This document shows positions 1-8,733 of a stretch of DNA of 32,000 nucleotides, one piece after another. Source of the DNA: Bacteroidota bacterium (GTDB taxonomy: Bacteria; Bacteroidota; Bacteroidia; Chitinophagales; Chitinophagaceae); NCBI GenBank assembly GCA_040385845.1, contig JAZKGP010000004.1, positions 825,334 through 857,333 of the forward strand. Reading direction: 5' to 3'. Both the position numbers and the translations under genes were made by a program. How positions within the stretch are numbered: the first letter of the stretch is position 1; every line of letters begins with the position of its first letter. The notes beneath the pieces were generated by a model. That model did no database searches, was not told the origin of the DNA, and saw nothing but the letters and a program-made list of their open reading frames with translations.

Positions 1-546
1 ATAACTTGTTGCTTCAAATGGCAGACCCAATGAATCAGTTAGTTTTATCGCCACAGTATTGGGTACTTCGTTTATTATGCTTCCACCCTCAGGATAAAAA
101 TGTAGCATTTCGGCAACTCCAGTCATATTTTGAGCTGATCGTTTACCGCTACTTACCTGGAGTCTTTTTGTATACGTTTCTGAATCCTTCTGATTCAGCA
201 TTGCGTTCGTACTGGCCACAATTGAATAAATCCCAAATAGGTCAGATTCGGGCAAAACAAAGTTTCCATCGCCCATTCCGTCTAATAAAGGGATACTAAT
301 AATGCCTCCATATGGGCTGTTGCCATTGTAAAGTGTGGCATAAAGGGTGGAGGAACTGCTTAGAGGAAGACCATCCTGCATGATATAGCACTTGAACCAG
401 ATTGTATCCCCTGGCAGATACCTTTCTTTATCTGTGTGCAGATGAAGCATCTCAGAAGCATTATCCTGTGAGAACAAATGATGGTTAAAAAGAATGCAAA
501 AAACAAACAACCAATGTCTTGACAACAGGCGTAGGGGTTTAGGCAT
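1..546 (-). CDS. Secreted hypothetical protein, N-terminal part only (gene runs off the left edge); possible MG2/alpha-2-macroglobulin-like N-terminus
   Basis: My own minus-strand translation from the ATG at 546 reads MPKPLRLLSRHWLFVFCILFNHHLFSQDNASEMLHLHTDKERYLPGDTIWFKCYIMQDG... It stays open for all 182 codons down to position 1. It is absent from the track because it has no stop in the window. The N-terminus is hydrophobic and signal-like. The family guess is from memory only. Confidence 0.55.
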   Translation of the reverse strand, partial: MPKPLRLLSRHWLFVFCILFNHHLFSQDNASEMLHLHTDKERYLPGDTIWFKCYIMQDGLPLSSSSTLYATLYNGNSPYGGIISIPLLDGMGDGNFVLPESDLFGIYSIVASTNAMLNQKDSETYTKRLQVSSGKRSAQNMTGVAEMLHFYPEGGSIINEVPNTVAIKLTDSLGLPFEATSY

Positions 547-853
547 ATATATTTTTTATCAGGAATGAAACTGGCAACCATCAATATACTATAGTTCAGG
601 GGCATAACACATTCGTAAGGATTAAATTTTTGATACCCAGGATTAAAAGCGCGTCTTTTTATTGAAATGTCCTGGGTTGATTGTTTAAAGATTTTCCTAT
701 ACCAGCGTTAGTACAATCTATACATCATATTCCCCTGATTGACCCCAAGATTATTTTTTTAACTTTTTTAACCTTATGGTTATCAACTCAATCATATTTT
801 TCCAAGTCAATTAGCCATAATTTTCACCCTTATTCTAAACAAACACTTCAATA

Positions 854-3034
854 ATGAATATAAAAAGTATAAGTGCAACAGCATTATTTGTAATTACCGG
901 GACTTGCCTGTTTTCGCAGCAAAAAAACCCCGATAATAAATTAGCAGGCTCAGCGCAAACAACTAAGACATCCAAAATGGAAAGAAATGACCTTTTAGCT
1001 GAATGGACCGGCCCTTATAATGGCGTTCCTGCTTTTGACAAGGTAAAACTCTCAGACTTTATACCCGCAGCTAACGAGGCTATTGCTGATAACCTTGCTG
1101 AAGTTGATAAAATTACTGCGAACAAGGAAGCACCGAATTTTGAAAATACCATTGCAGCCCTTGAACGCAGTGGTCGTAGCATTAGCAGGTTCTATACTTA
1201 TTATGGCATTTGGGGTTCAACCATGAACGGCAAAGATTTCGAACCGATTGAGGCAGACATCGAGCCGAAACTAGCTGAATTCCAGGATAAGATCATCCAA
1301 AATCCCGCCTTATTCAAACGCATTGAAACCGTTTACAATTCACCAGCTACAAAAAAACTAACTCCCGAGCAACAAAGATTAACCTGGCGCTATTACCAGA
1401 ATTTTGTTCACGCAGGTGCAAAGTTAGATTTGGCAAAAAAAGCACAGGTTGCAGCCATTAACCAACAGTTAGCAACCTTGTTTACTGAATTCAACCAAAA
1501 TTTGTTGGCTGATGAAGGCGATCGTTACCTGGAAATAAAAACAGAAGCAGAATTAGCCGGATTACCACAAGATTTAAAGGATGCTGCAGCTGCTGAAGCT
1601 ACCCGCAGAAAAATGACGGGGAGCTGGGTTATTTCCAATACGCGTTCTTCTATTGATCCCTTTCTTACTTATGCTGATAACCGCCCGCTCCGCGAAAAAG
1701 CCTGGCGAATGTTTGTAAACCGTGGTGATAATGGCGATGCGCATGACAACAATGGCATCATTACAAAAATTTTGCAACTAAGATCAGAAAGGGCAAAGCT
1801 GCTTGGTTTTGCTACGCATGCACATTGGCGTTTGGATGATGTAATGGCTAAGACGCCTGAAAATGCTTTAAAGTTGATGGAAGCGGTTTGGACTCCAGCG
1901 GTTGCCAGGGTGAAAGAAGAAGTGGCAGACATGCAGGAAATTGCCAATAAAGAAGGTGCTAATATAACAATTGAGCCATGGGATTACCGCTACTATTCAG
2001 AAAAAGTACGTAAGGCGAAATACGACCTCGACCAGGATGAAGTAAAACAGTACATGCAACTGGATAAATTGAGGGATGGTATGTTTTGGGTAGCTGGAGA
2101 ATTATTTAATTTCCAATTCACCCCTGTAACAGATGTAACCGTTTACCATCCCGACGTGAAAGTTTGGAAAGTTTCAGATAAAACGACTGGTAAATTAATA
2201 GGTCTTTGGTATTTCGACCCATATGCAAGGCAAGGGAAACGCTCTGGGGCCTGGATGAATGCCTATCGCAACCAGGAACGTTTCGAAAAAGACATTACGA
2301 CCATCGTGTCTAATAATAGCAATTTTATCAAAGGAAATCCCGGCGAACCAGTGCTTATTTCCTGGGATGATGCCACAACTCTTTTTCATGAATTCGGGCA
2401 TGCTTTACATGGTTTAAGCAGTAATGTAAATTACCCGCTCCTATCAGGCACAAACGTTGCAAGAGACTATGTAGAATTTCCGTCGCAAATATTGGAACGC
2501 TGGCTTTCTACTCCCGAAGTATTGCAACATTATGCTTTGCATTATAAAACTGGCCAGCCCATTCCCCAGGTATTGGTTGACAAAATAAACAAAGCTGCCA
2601 CGTTTAACCAGGGATTCAAAACAGTAGAATATATGGCAAGTGCTTTGGTGGATATGAAACTGCATTTGGCAGGTGATCAAAAAATTGATCCCGATGCATT
2701 TGAAAAGAAAGTATTGGCTGAATATGGAATGCCTAAAGAGATTGTGATGCGGCATCGTACACCACAATTTGGCCACATATTTTCAAGCGATAGTTATTCG
2801 GCAGGCTACTACAGTTATATCTGGGCAGATGTAATCAGCGCCGATGCCTATGAAGCATTTACCGAAGCAGGCGGGCCATACGATAAAGCAGTTGCTAAAC
2901 GCTTGTATGAAAAAGTTTTTAGTATAGGAGATACGGTAGATCAACAGGAAGCTTATCGTGCGTTCCGCGGTCATGATCCTAAAACGGATGCATTGATGAA
3001 ACACAGGGGATTCCCGATAACGACAAAAAAATAA
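854..3034 (+). CDS. dcp: M3-family zinc metallopeptidase, peptidyl-dipeptidase Dcp-like, with signal peptide
   Basis: 726-aa ORF. The HEFGH zinc motif is present (TLFHEFGHALHGL), with a downstream E (EFPSQ) typical of M3 thimet/Dcp peptidases. N-terminal signal sequence MNIKSISATALFVITGTCLFSQ. Confidence 0.85.
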   Translation: MNIKSISATALFVITGTCLFSQQKNPDNKLAGSAQTTKTSKMERNDLLAEWTGPYNGVPAFDKVKLSDFIPAANEAIADNLAEVDKITANKEAPNFENTIAALERSGRSISRFYTYYGIWGSTMNGKDFEPIEADIEPKLAEFQDKIIQNPALFKRIETVYNSPATKKLTPEQQRLTWRYYQNFVHAGAKLDLAKKAQVAAINQQLATLFTEFNQNLLADEGDRYLEIKTEAELAGLPQDLKDAAAAEATRRKMTGSWVISNTRSSIDPFLTYADNRPLREKAWRMFVNRGDNGDAHDNNGIITKILQLRSERAKLLGFATHAHWRLDDVMAKTPENALKLMEAVWTPAVARVKEEVADMQEIANKEGANITIEPWDYRYYSEKVRKAKYDLDQDEVKQYMQLDKLRDGMFWVAGELFNFQFTPVTDVTVYHPDVKVWKVSDKTTGKLIGLWYFDPYARQGKRSGAWMNAYRNQERFEKDITTIVSNNSNFIKGNPGEPVLISWDDATTLFHEFGHALHGLSSNVNYPLLSGTNVARDYVEFPSQILERWLSTPEVLQHYALHYKTGQPIPQVLVDKINKAATFNQGFKTVEYMASALVDMKLHLAGDQKIDPDAFEKKVLAEYGMPKEIVMRHRTPQFGHIFSSDSYSAGYYSYIWADVISADAYEAFTEAGGPYDKAVAKRLYEKVFSIGDTVDQQEAYRAFRGHDPKTDALMKHRGFPITTKK

Positions 3035-3071
3035 AAAAAAGCCGGCGCTGAGTAGTGACGCCGGCTTTTTT
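3033..3071. terminator. Rho-independent-type hairpin after dcp
   Basis: GCCGGCG (3041-3047) pairs with CGCCGGC (3059-3065). An A-run precedes the stem and a T-run follows it, so the structure is symmetric. Confidence 0.7.
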
Positions 3072-3179
3072 ATGCTTCCTAATTAATTATACTAATTGTA
3101 ATGAATTTGAAAACTAGCAGGCTTAATAAACTTGTAGCTCTAAATAATCTTTACAAATTTCAAAGACTGCATCACTAAT

Positions 3180-3527
3180 TTATTTATCCTTATCTGAAAT
3201 AAGACCATTCAATATAGATGACACAACAGACAGAATTAAACTAAAAACCAGGGCCCATAAAAATCCATCCACCTTAACTCCATCCATGGCCGAATCTGCC
3301 AATAAAATAATAATTGCATTTATAACAAATAAGAACAAACCAAGTGTTATGATGGTTATAGGAAGTGTGAGTAAGATCAGTATGGGTTTTACAATAGCAT
3401 TCAACACAGCCAGGGCCAGGGCAAAGATCACTGCATCTTTAAAATCGGGAATATGTACACCAGATAAAAAATGTGCGAGACCATAAGCCACAGCGGCTGT
3501 AACCAATAAACGGATGATAAAATTCAT
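3180..3527 (-). CDS. Small 4-TM membrane protein, YvlD / phage_holin_4_2 family
   Basis: 115 aa and almost entirely hydrophobic helices. The LNAIVKPILILLTLPITIITLGLFLFVINA pattern is characteristic of this family. Confidence 0.7.
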   Translation of the reverse strand: MNFIIRLLVTAAVAYGLAHFLSGVHIPDFKDAVIFALALAVLNAIVKPILILLTLPITIITLGLFLFVINAIIILLADSAMDGVKVDGFLWALVFSLILSVVSSILNGLISDKDK

Positions 3528-3590
3528 AGTTATTAAATTAGCTTTTAAAACTACAGGTGATTAAAATACAAAAACGTATTTCCAAAATGT

Positions 3591-4835
3591 TTAAAGAAAT
3601 ATACTTGTGATGGTATGTATTAAAAGTCCGACCAAACCACCAACCAATGTTCCGTTGATACGGATAAACTGGAGATCCTTTCCTACTTCGAGTTCCAGTT
3701 TTTGGCTAAGTTCTTTTCCCTTCCAATTACCAACAGTATCGCTGATTAATCCACCTACTTTGTTTGCATTTCTTAAGATATACTTGTAGGCGTTGTAGTG
3801 CACCCAACCATCAATTTTTTGCTGCATAGCTATATCGTTTTGCAAGCTGTCGGCAAATTCATCCAGGTTTTTCGAGAAGTATTTTACTAAAGAAGAATTC
3901 TTATGAGTTAGCTCCTGCTGCAAAGTTGTTTTTATCGAAAACCAGAGATCCCTGGCATAATCTGTAAGCTTTTCTTTTGACAATAAACCTCTTTTTAACT
4001 GTAAAAAATCACGCTCCCATTTGGGATCGGTTAAAAGGCTTTGTGCAAATAAATACAATTGTGTTGTTATCTCTTCGCGGATCCGGTGAGATGGGTCATT
4101 TTCTACTTCATCAAAATAACTAACAAGCCCCGAGCTGATCTTTTTGGCAAGTTTATTATCTATAAAACGCGGAATGAAAAAACTACTTTCTGCTTTTACT
4201 TTATCTCTTACCAATTCCTCGTTTTCAACAATATATTCTTTAATCTTTATAGCTAATAAGGTCACCAATTTCTCATGCTCATTTTTATTGAGAAAATATT
4301 CAAGTGCACTGGCGGCCAATTCATGCAGTTTTACGTCGTCCATTAAGCTGCTACCCTTTTTTACAATAAACCGGATAACATTTTCATCTTCTGTTTTACG
4401 TATGATATCATTCAGCAGGCGACTAATTTCAGCAATCAGAACTTGTTTGTTTTTTTCTTTCGATAGCCATTGAGCCGCATAGGCAGCAACAGTTAATTTT
4501 TTTATATAGGGCCTGATATTGGAAGCAGTTAAAAAATTAGATACAACAAAATTTCCCAGGTTATCTCCTATTGACTTTTTACTATTCTCAATTAAATTAG
4601 TATGTGGAATTGGCAATCCTAAGGGGTGATGAAATAAAGCAGTTACAGCAAACCAATCCGCCAATGCACCTACCATGGCGGCTTCGGCAAAAGCATTTAC
4701 ATAACCTAACCATCCGAGATTATTGTGGCGTAAATACCAGGCAGTTAATATATACACTACCAGCATCAGCAAAAACAACCCTGTTGCTAATCGCTTATGA
4801 TTCTTTAATTGCCGGGCTTTTATAATATCGTTCAT
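3591..4835 (-). CDS. DUF445-family membrane-associated protein
   Basis: 414 aa. It has N-terminal TM helices (LFLLMLVVYILTAWYL), a GALADWFAVTALFHHPLG motif and a C-terminal TM helix (GLVGLLIHTITSIFL), all typical of DUF445/YjiN-like proteins. Confidence 0.65.
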   Translation of the reverse strand: MNDIIKARQLKNHKRLATGLFLLMLVVYILTAWYLRHNNLGWLGYVNAFAEAAMVGALADWFAVTALFHHPLGLPIPHTNLIENSKKSIGDNLGNFVVSNFLTASNIRPYIKKLTVAAYAAQWLSKEKNKQVLIAEISRLLNDIIRKTEDENVIRFIVKKGSSLMDDVKLHELAASALEYFLNKNEHEKLVTLLAIKIKEYIVENEELVRDKVKAESSFFIPRFIDNKLAKKISSGLVSYFDEVENDPSHRIREEITTQLYLFAQSLLTDPKWERDFLQLKRGLLSKEKLTDYARDLWFSIKTTLQQELTHKNSSLVKYFSKNLDEFADSLQNDIAMQQKIDGWVHYNAYKYILRNANKVGGLISDTVGNWKGKELSQKLELEVGKDLQFIRINGTLVGGLVGLLIHTITSIFL

Positions 4836-4958
4836 GAACTAAAGTTAGCACGACCGCTACAAAAGAATGCCATGCAAGTAATATCAGGCAGTTACACCAC
4901 CAAAAAAACTACTAAGTCGGCAGGAACATGAGCTTGGAAATAACCCCCGGCTAATCAA

Positions 4959-4988
4959 AACAGCCGGTACATTTTTGTACCGGCTGTT
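4959..4988 (-). terminator. Hairpin terminator downstream of hemH
   Basis: Perfect 13-bp stem AACAGCCGGTACA / TGTACCGGCTGTT with a TTTT loop. It lies 19 nt beyond the hemH stop on the minus strand. Confidence 0.7.
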
Positions 4989-5006
4989 CAAACAATGTGC
5001 TCAATT

Positions 5007-6035
5007 CTATTTTTCAATAAGTGATTTCACGGCATTTACCCAAACAGGGTGTGTATTCATACATGGAATCATTTCGAAATGTTCACCTCCTGCTTCCATA
5101 AATATTTCCTTTCCCCGTTCGGCAATTTCCTCGAGGGTTTCAAGGCAATCGCTCACAAAAGCCGGGCAGGCCACCAATAAATTTTTGATACCTTCTTTCG
5201 GCATTTCCTGTAAACGGATGTCAGTAAACGGTTCAAGCCACCCTTTTCCTAAACGGGATTGAAAACTGATACTATATTTCTCAGGTGCTATCCCTAATTT
5301 TTCCGTTACCAGTTTGGTGGTGGAAAATACCTGGTGGCGATAGCAGGTTTTATGTGCCATCGATTCAACATTACAACAATCGGCCACCTTAAGACAATGT
5401 TGTTTTGTTACATCGCTTTTACGTAAATGACGGGCAGGCAATCCATGATAGCTAAAAAGTATATGATCGTAAGGTTTTGAAACAAACGCTTTCATGCTTT
5501 CCGCCAAAGCATTTATATACACTTCCTCATTGAAGAATGGTTTAATAAAACGTAGTTTAAAAGGATACTTACCAGTTTGATGAACCAGCCTGGCGTCTTC
5601 AACGGCCGTTTCGTACGACGACATGGCGTAATGCGGGTAAAGCGGCAAGGCTATAACTTCTTCAATACCCGGTTCCCGTTTCAGTAAATTATCGAAGCCA
5701 AACTTCGAATCAGGATTTCCATACCGCATCGAGATTTCAACCGGTTCTTCCACTAAATTTTGTACGGCGGCCTGTAGTTCGCGGGTTATATTTATAAGCG
5801 GTGACCCGTCTTTTGTCCAGATGGTTTTATATGCTTCGGCTGATTTCGGAGCTCTAAAGGGCACAATAATACCACTCACCAAAATTTTCCTGAAGAGCCA
5901 GGGATAATCTATTACCCTTCCATCCAACAAAAATTCGTTCAAATACCGGCTTACATCTTTTACTTCCGTGCTATCGGGTGAGCCAAGGTTCATTAATAAA
6001 ATGCCACGCTTAATCGGACCGTTTGATTGGTTCAT
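5007..6035 (-). CDS. hemH: Ferrochelatase
   Basis: The N-terminus GILLMNLGSPDS, the YPHYAMSSYET core and the length fit ferrochelatase. I prefer the ATG at 6035 (MNQSNGPIKRGILL...) over the GTG at 6092 used by the track. Confidence 0.9.
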   Translation of the reverse strand: MNQSNGPIKRGILLMNLGSPDSTEVKDVSRYLNEFLLDGRVIDYPWLFRKILVSGIIVPFRAPKSAEAYKTIWTKDGSPLINITRELQAAVQNLVEEPVEISMRYGNPDSKFGFDNLLKREPGIEEVIALPLYPHYAMSSYETAVEDARLVHQTGKYPFKLRFIKPFFNEEVYINALAESMKAFVSKPYDHILFSYHGLPARHLRKSDVTKQHCLKVADCCNVESMAHKTCYRHQVFSTTKLVTEKLGIAPEKYSISFQSRLGKGWLEPFTDIRLQEMPKEGIKNLLVACPAFVSDCLETLEEIAERGKEIFMEAGGEHFEMIPCMNTHPVWVNAVKSLIEK

Positions 6036-6210
6036 GCTAAATTTCGAATTTTCGAGTTGCAAAACAACGTAAATATTTATATCATGACCCACCCGGCATC
6101 ATTATAAATAATTATTTAAGGTCCTATATTGGGCGGGCTGGTTGCTATACACCTGGTAGCACTAGTTTGTTTCGTATTGTTATTCTAAAAACAGACCTTT
6201 CATTTTCCTT

Positions 6211-7305
6211 ATGAAACCTGCCGTTCTTTACAGCTTATTAGCATGTTTGTTCTTCATAACAACAACAAAAGCGCAATCACTTGAACAAAGATTACAACAA
6301 AGCCGCCCAAGCTGCAGGGAAGTATTTTCCAACGCCATGGATTTACTACCCGGGCTATTAACCGCGGGATCCTATGATTCTATTGCCTTTGTGATTGAAT
6401 TTATAGAGAAAAGTTGCGAAAAAACGAGCGAGACATTCGATTTGCGGGTCTTAATGGCTATCCAATCGAACAAATTCAGTGTTCCAGATTTTTACACTGC
6501 TCCTTCATTTTTCAATCTCCAATATCGGGCTAATGCCAATCTACTGCAAAATGACAACCCGTATATTGCCGATCCTCTTCAAACAAAATTTTACCGTTTT
6601 ACAAAAAATTGGGCAACCGATTTACTCAATTCAAATAATTTGGATAAAGATGAAGTACTTATTTGTAAAGTATTTACGGGTGAAGTAAAATCACCCAATG
6701 CCTTTATCAAACAAAATAAAACAGATTATCCCTACCTCTTCACCCTGCTGGAAGAAGCCGAATCAATTGAACGAAACAAACCGATGGCTTATATTTCGAT
6801 TACAGGTGGTTTTTGGGTGCCTACCAGTAAATTAAAATTAGTTGGCGCTCATCCCACAGTCGGACTACAATTTGGCTATCATCATAAAGCCAATGATTTT
6901 GCATTAACACTTCAATTTAAATTTATACGGTCAGCACATCCATATGCCGTTTTAAGAAATACCCAATTATATGATCTAACTCATTTTTTTGGTGGGTATG
7001 TCGGAATGGATTATACCCGGCTTTTATATACCGGGAAAACTTTTGAGTTTGGACTGATGGCAGGTGCCGGCTATGACCGTTTTGATATTGCTTCCGGCGA
7101 AAATAACGAACATTTAAAACCGTTTGGTATCGGTTCTCTCAATATAAACACTGGAATTCGGCTCAATTATTTTTATAAGACCAAAAAATTCATTGGTATT
7201 CAGGGCCGTTACAATGTAATAGACTTTAAAAACGAAGGCGGCTCTAATCTCTCGGGAGATGCAATTACTATCGACGTCCTTTTTGGATTCAACAGGGGCT
7301 CATAA
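6211..7305 (+). CDS. Hypothetical secreted protein: N-terminal helical region plus C-terminal outer-membrane beta-barrel-like half
   Basis: Signal peptide MKPAVLYSLLACLFFITTTKAQS. The C-terminal half shows alternating hydrophobic/aromatic beta-strand patterns with G-rich turns (VGLQFGYHH, FALTLQFKF, FEFGLMAGAGYDRF, GIRLNYFYK, FIGIQGRYNV, ITIDVLFGF). Confidence 0.6.
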   Translation: MKPAVLYSLLACLFFITTTKAQSLEQRLQQSRPSCREVFSNAMDLLPGLLTAGSYDSIAFVIEFIEKSCEKTSETFDLRVLMAIQSNKFSVPDFYTAPSFFNLQYRANANLLQNDNPYIADPLQTKFYRFTKNWATDLLNSNNLDKDEVLICKVFTGEVKSPNAFIKQNKTDYPYLFTLLEEAESIERNKPMAYISITGGFWVPTSKLKLVGAHPTVGLQFGYHHKANDFALTLQFKFIRSAHPYAVLRNTQLYDLTHFFGGYVGMDYTRLLYTGKTFEFGLMAGAGYDRFDIASGENNEHLKPFGIGSLNINTGIRLNYFYKTKKFIGIQGRYNVIDFKNEGGSNLSGDAITIDVLFGFNRGS

Positions 7306-7420
7306 ATTCATTCCAGTGACCGGTTTTTTGTTTCCCTGTAACACGTTTATGTGGTTGTTTAAAAGGCCCGTAAAACAGTAAAACCATGCAGCCCCCATAA
7401 ACTTTTCTTTTTACATTATT

Positions 7421-7434
7421 ATGACTGTAATCAT
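7421..7434 (+). promoter_or_regulatory. Candidate CRP/FNR-type operator ATGACTGTAATCAT (copy 1, upstream of hemA)
   Basis: The 14-mer is identical, in gene orientation, to the one at 25371-25384 upstream of ackA. It has a TGA-N6-TCA core. The TTTG of a perfect TACATTTG box starts 27 nt downstream. Confidence 0.35.
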
Positions 7435-7449
7435 CCTGTTATTGAAATC

Positions 7450-8727
7450 ATGCCTGTTACATTTGCACCGACTATGCAATTGCATGCTGAACATATTATC
7501 AATCGCTTTTGTGTTGCCGGGATAAATCATACCTGTGCAACAGCAGAAGTACGCGGTTCATTCGCCGTTGACCAGGCTATTCATACTGATATTTTATTAC
7601 ATGCAAAAGAGTTAGGTCTATCCAGCGTATTTGTGGTAAGCACCTGTAATCGTACTGAAATCTATGGCTATGCCCATCATGCCTGTGAGCTGGCAGCATT
7701 ACTTACAAAATTTACCAGGGGCGATCTGGCTACTTTTATGGAGCACAGCTACCGCTACCAGGGAAATGAAGCCATGGACCATTTATTCAGGGTTGCATGC
7801 GGGCTTGACTCCCAAATCATTGGCGATTTCGAAATACAGGGTCAGTTGAAGCAGGCCTATACCTACGCTCTTCAGTTAGGCATGATCGGTCCAATTATGG
7901 ATCGTACCATCAATTTTGTTTTCCAGGCATCAAAAAAAATACGCAGTTCAACTGCCTTAAGTACCGGAACTGTTTCTGTTTCCTTTGCAGCAATCGAATG
8001 GCTGCAAAAAAATACCGGCAAATCGTCTAAAAAAATATTACTGGTTGGCAGCGGAAAATTTGGACGTAACGTTTGTAAGAACATCCGGCATTATCTTCCG
8101 AATTGCTTACTTACTATTACGAACCGCACATCAACGGTAGGTGCAGCATTTGCTTTTGAAGTTGGCGCTAGCTTTTTACCTTTCGAACAGCTGGGAAATT
8201 GCTTAAATGAATTTGATGTAATTCTCGTTTGCACAAACGCAATGGAGCCTGTTATAAAAGCGGAACATTTTCAAAAAAGCACATCCCGGCAAATTATTAT
8301 TGATTTATCAGTTCCTTCAAACGTGGAAGCTGCTGTGGGTGAATTTGAAAACGTGAGATTAGTAAATGTGGATGAAATCTCGGCCATTACAATTTCTACT
8401 ATTGCCAGGCGCAACCTTGAAATCCCTAAAGCTGAGGCAATCATCTGTGATTTTGAAAGTCAATTTTGCGAATGGCTTCAAACCTACCAGCATGCACCTG
8501 CCATCCGGCATATCAAAGAGAATCTTCGACTTTTAAGTATAGGTAATAATTCAAAATGCGAAATGTCGCTTGATTGGGAAACAGGCTTACCCGCAAGTTT
8601 AGAGCATGATGAACATATTCGCAAAACGGTTAATACACTCGTATATAACCTGAAAACAAAAAAAGAAAAGGGATGCCAGTTTATTTCGGCTTATAACAAT
8701 TTTCTCAGCCGGGAAGCCCTTTCATAA
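7450..8727 (+). CDS. hemA: Glutamyl-tRNA reductase
   Basis: The N-terminal (V/A)GINH...A..EVR motif, the TCNRTEIY active-site Cys motif and the GSGKFG Rossmann motif are all present. The start may be 7474 (MQLHAEHIINRF...) instead of 7450. Confidence 0.9.
   Translation: MPVTFAPTMQLHAEHIINRFCVAGINHTCATAEVRGSFAVDQAIHTDILLHAKELGLSSVFVVSTCNRTEIYGYAHHACELAALLTKFTRGDLATFMEHSYRYQGNEAMDHLFRVACGLDSQIIGDFEIQGQLKQAYTYALQLGMIGPIMDRTINFVFQASKKIRSSTALSTGTVSVSFAAIEWLQKNTGKSSKKILLVGSGKFGRNVCKNIRHYLPNCLLTITNRTSTVGAAFAFEVGASFLPFEQLGNCLNEFDVILVCTNAMEPVIKAEHFQKSTSRQIIIDLSVPSNVEAAVGEFENVRLVNVDEISAITISTIARRNLEIPKAEAIICDFESQFCEWLQTYQHAPAIRHIKENLRLLSIGNNSKCEMSLDWETGLPASLEHDEHIRKTVNTLVYNLKTKKEKGCQFISAYNNFLSREALS
7458..7465 (+). 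promoter_or_regulatory. Bacteroidota-type -7 promoter element TACATTTG (hem operon)
   Basis: Exact match to the TAnnTTTG consensus. It lies inside the first codons of the track ORF (start 7450) and 9 nt before the alternative ATG at 7474. Confidence 0.35.
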
Positions 8728-8733
8728 ATTACC

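Noticed and set aside
6-605. Track ORFs 6..299 (+, 97 aa) and 360..605 (-, 81 aa).
   Set aside because: Both overlap a longer minus-strand frame (546 down to 1) that is open to the window edge and has a signal peptide and protein-like composition. The two track ORFs are Cys/Phe/Leu-rich shadow frames.
3180-3527. A 'phage holin family' protein as a possible prophage or lysis-cassette marker.
   Set aside because: There are no endolysin, spanin, integrase, capsid or tail genes nearby. This YvlD-type family is widespread as a chromosomal membrane protein.
6036-6092. Alternative upstream starts: GTG at 6092 for hemH, TTG at 25343 for ackA and GTG at 25563 for ileS.
   Set aside because: The downstream ATGs give N-termini that match the conserved family starts. 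The extensions add non-conserved residues and intrude into promoter regions.
7411-7440. Reading the hemA upstream box as a Fur box, which would mean iron control of heme synthesis.
   Set aside because: ATGA-CTG-TAATCAT is 3 nt longer than the corresponding part of the GATAATGATAATCATTATC consensus, and the hexamer phasing is lost. A Fur site also gives no reason for the same box to sit upstream of ackA. I cannot fully exclude it, and the CRP/FNR-type reading is only marginally better supported.
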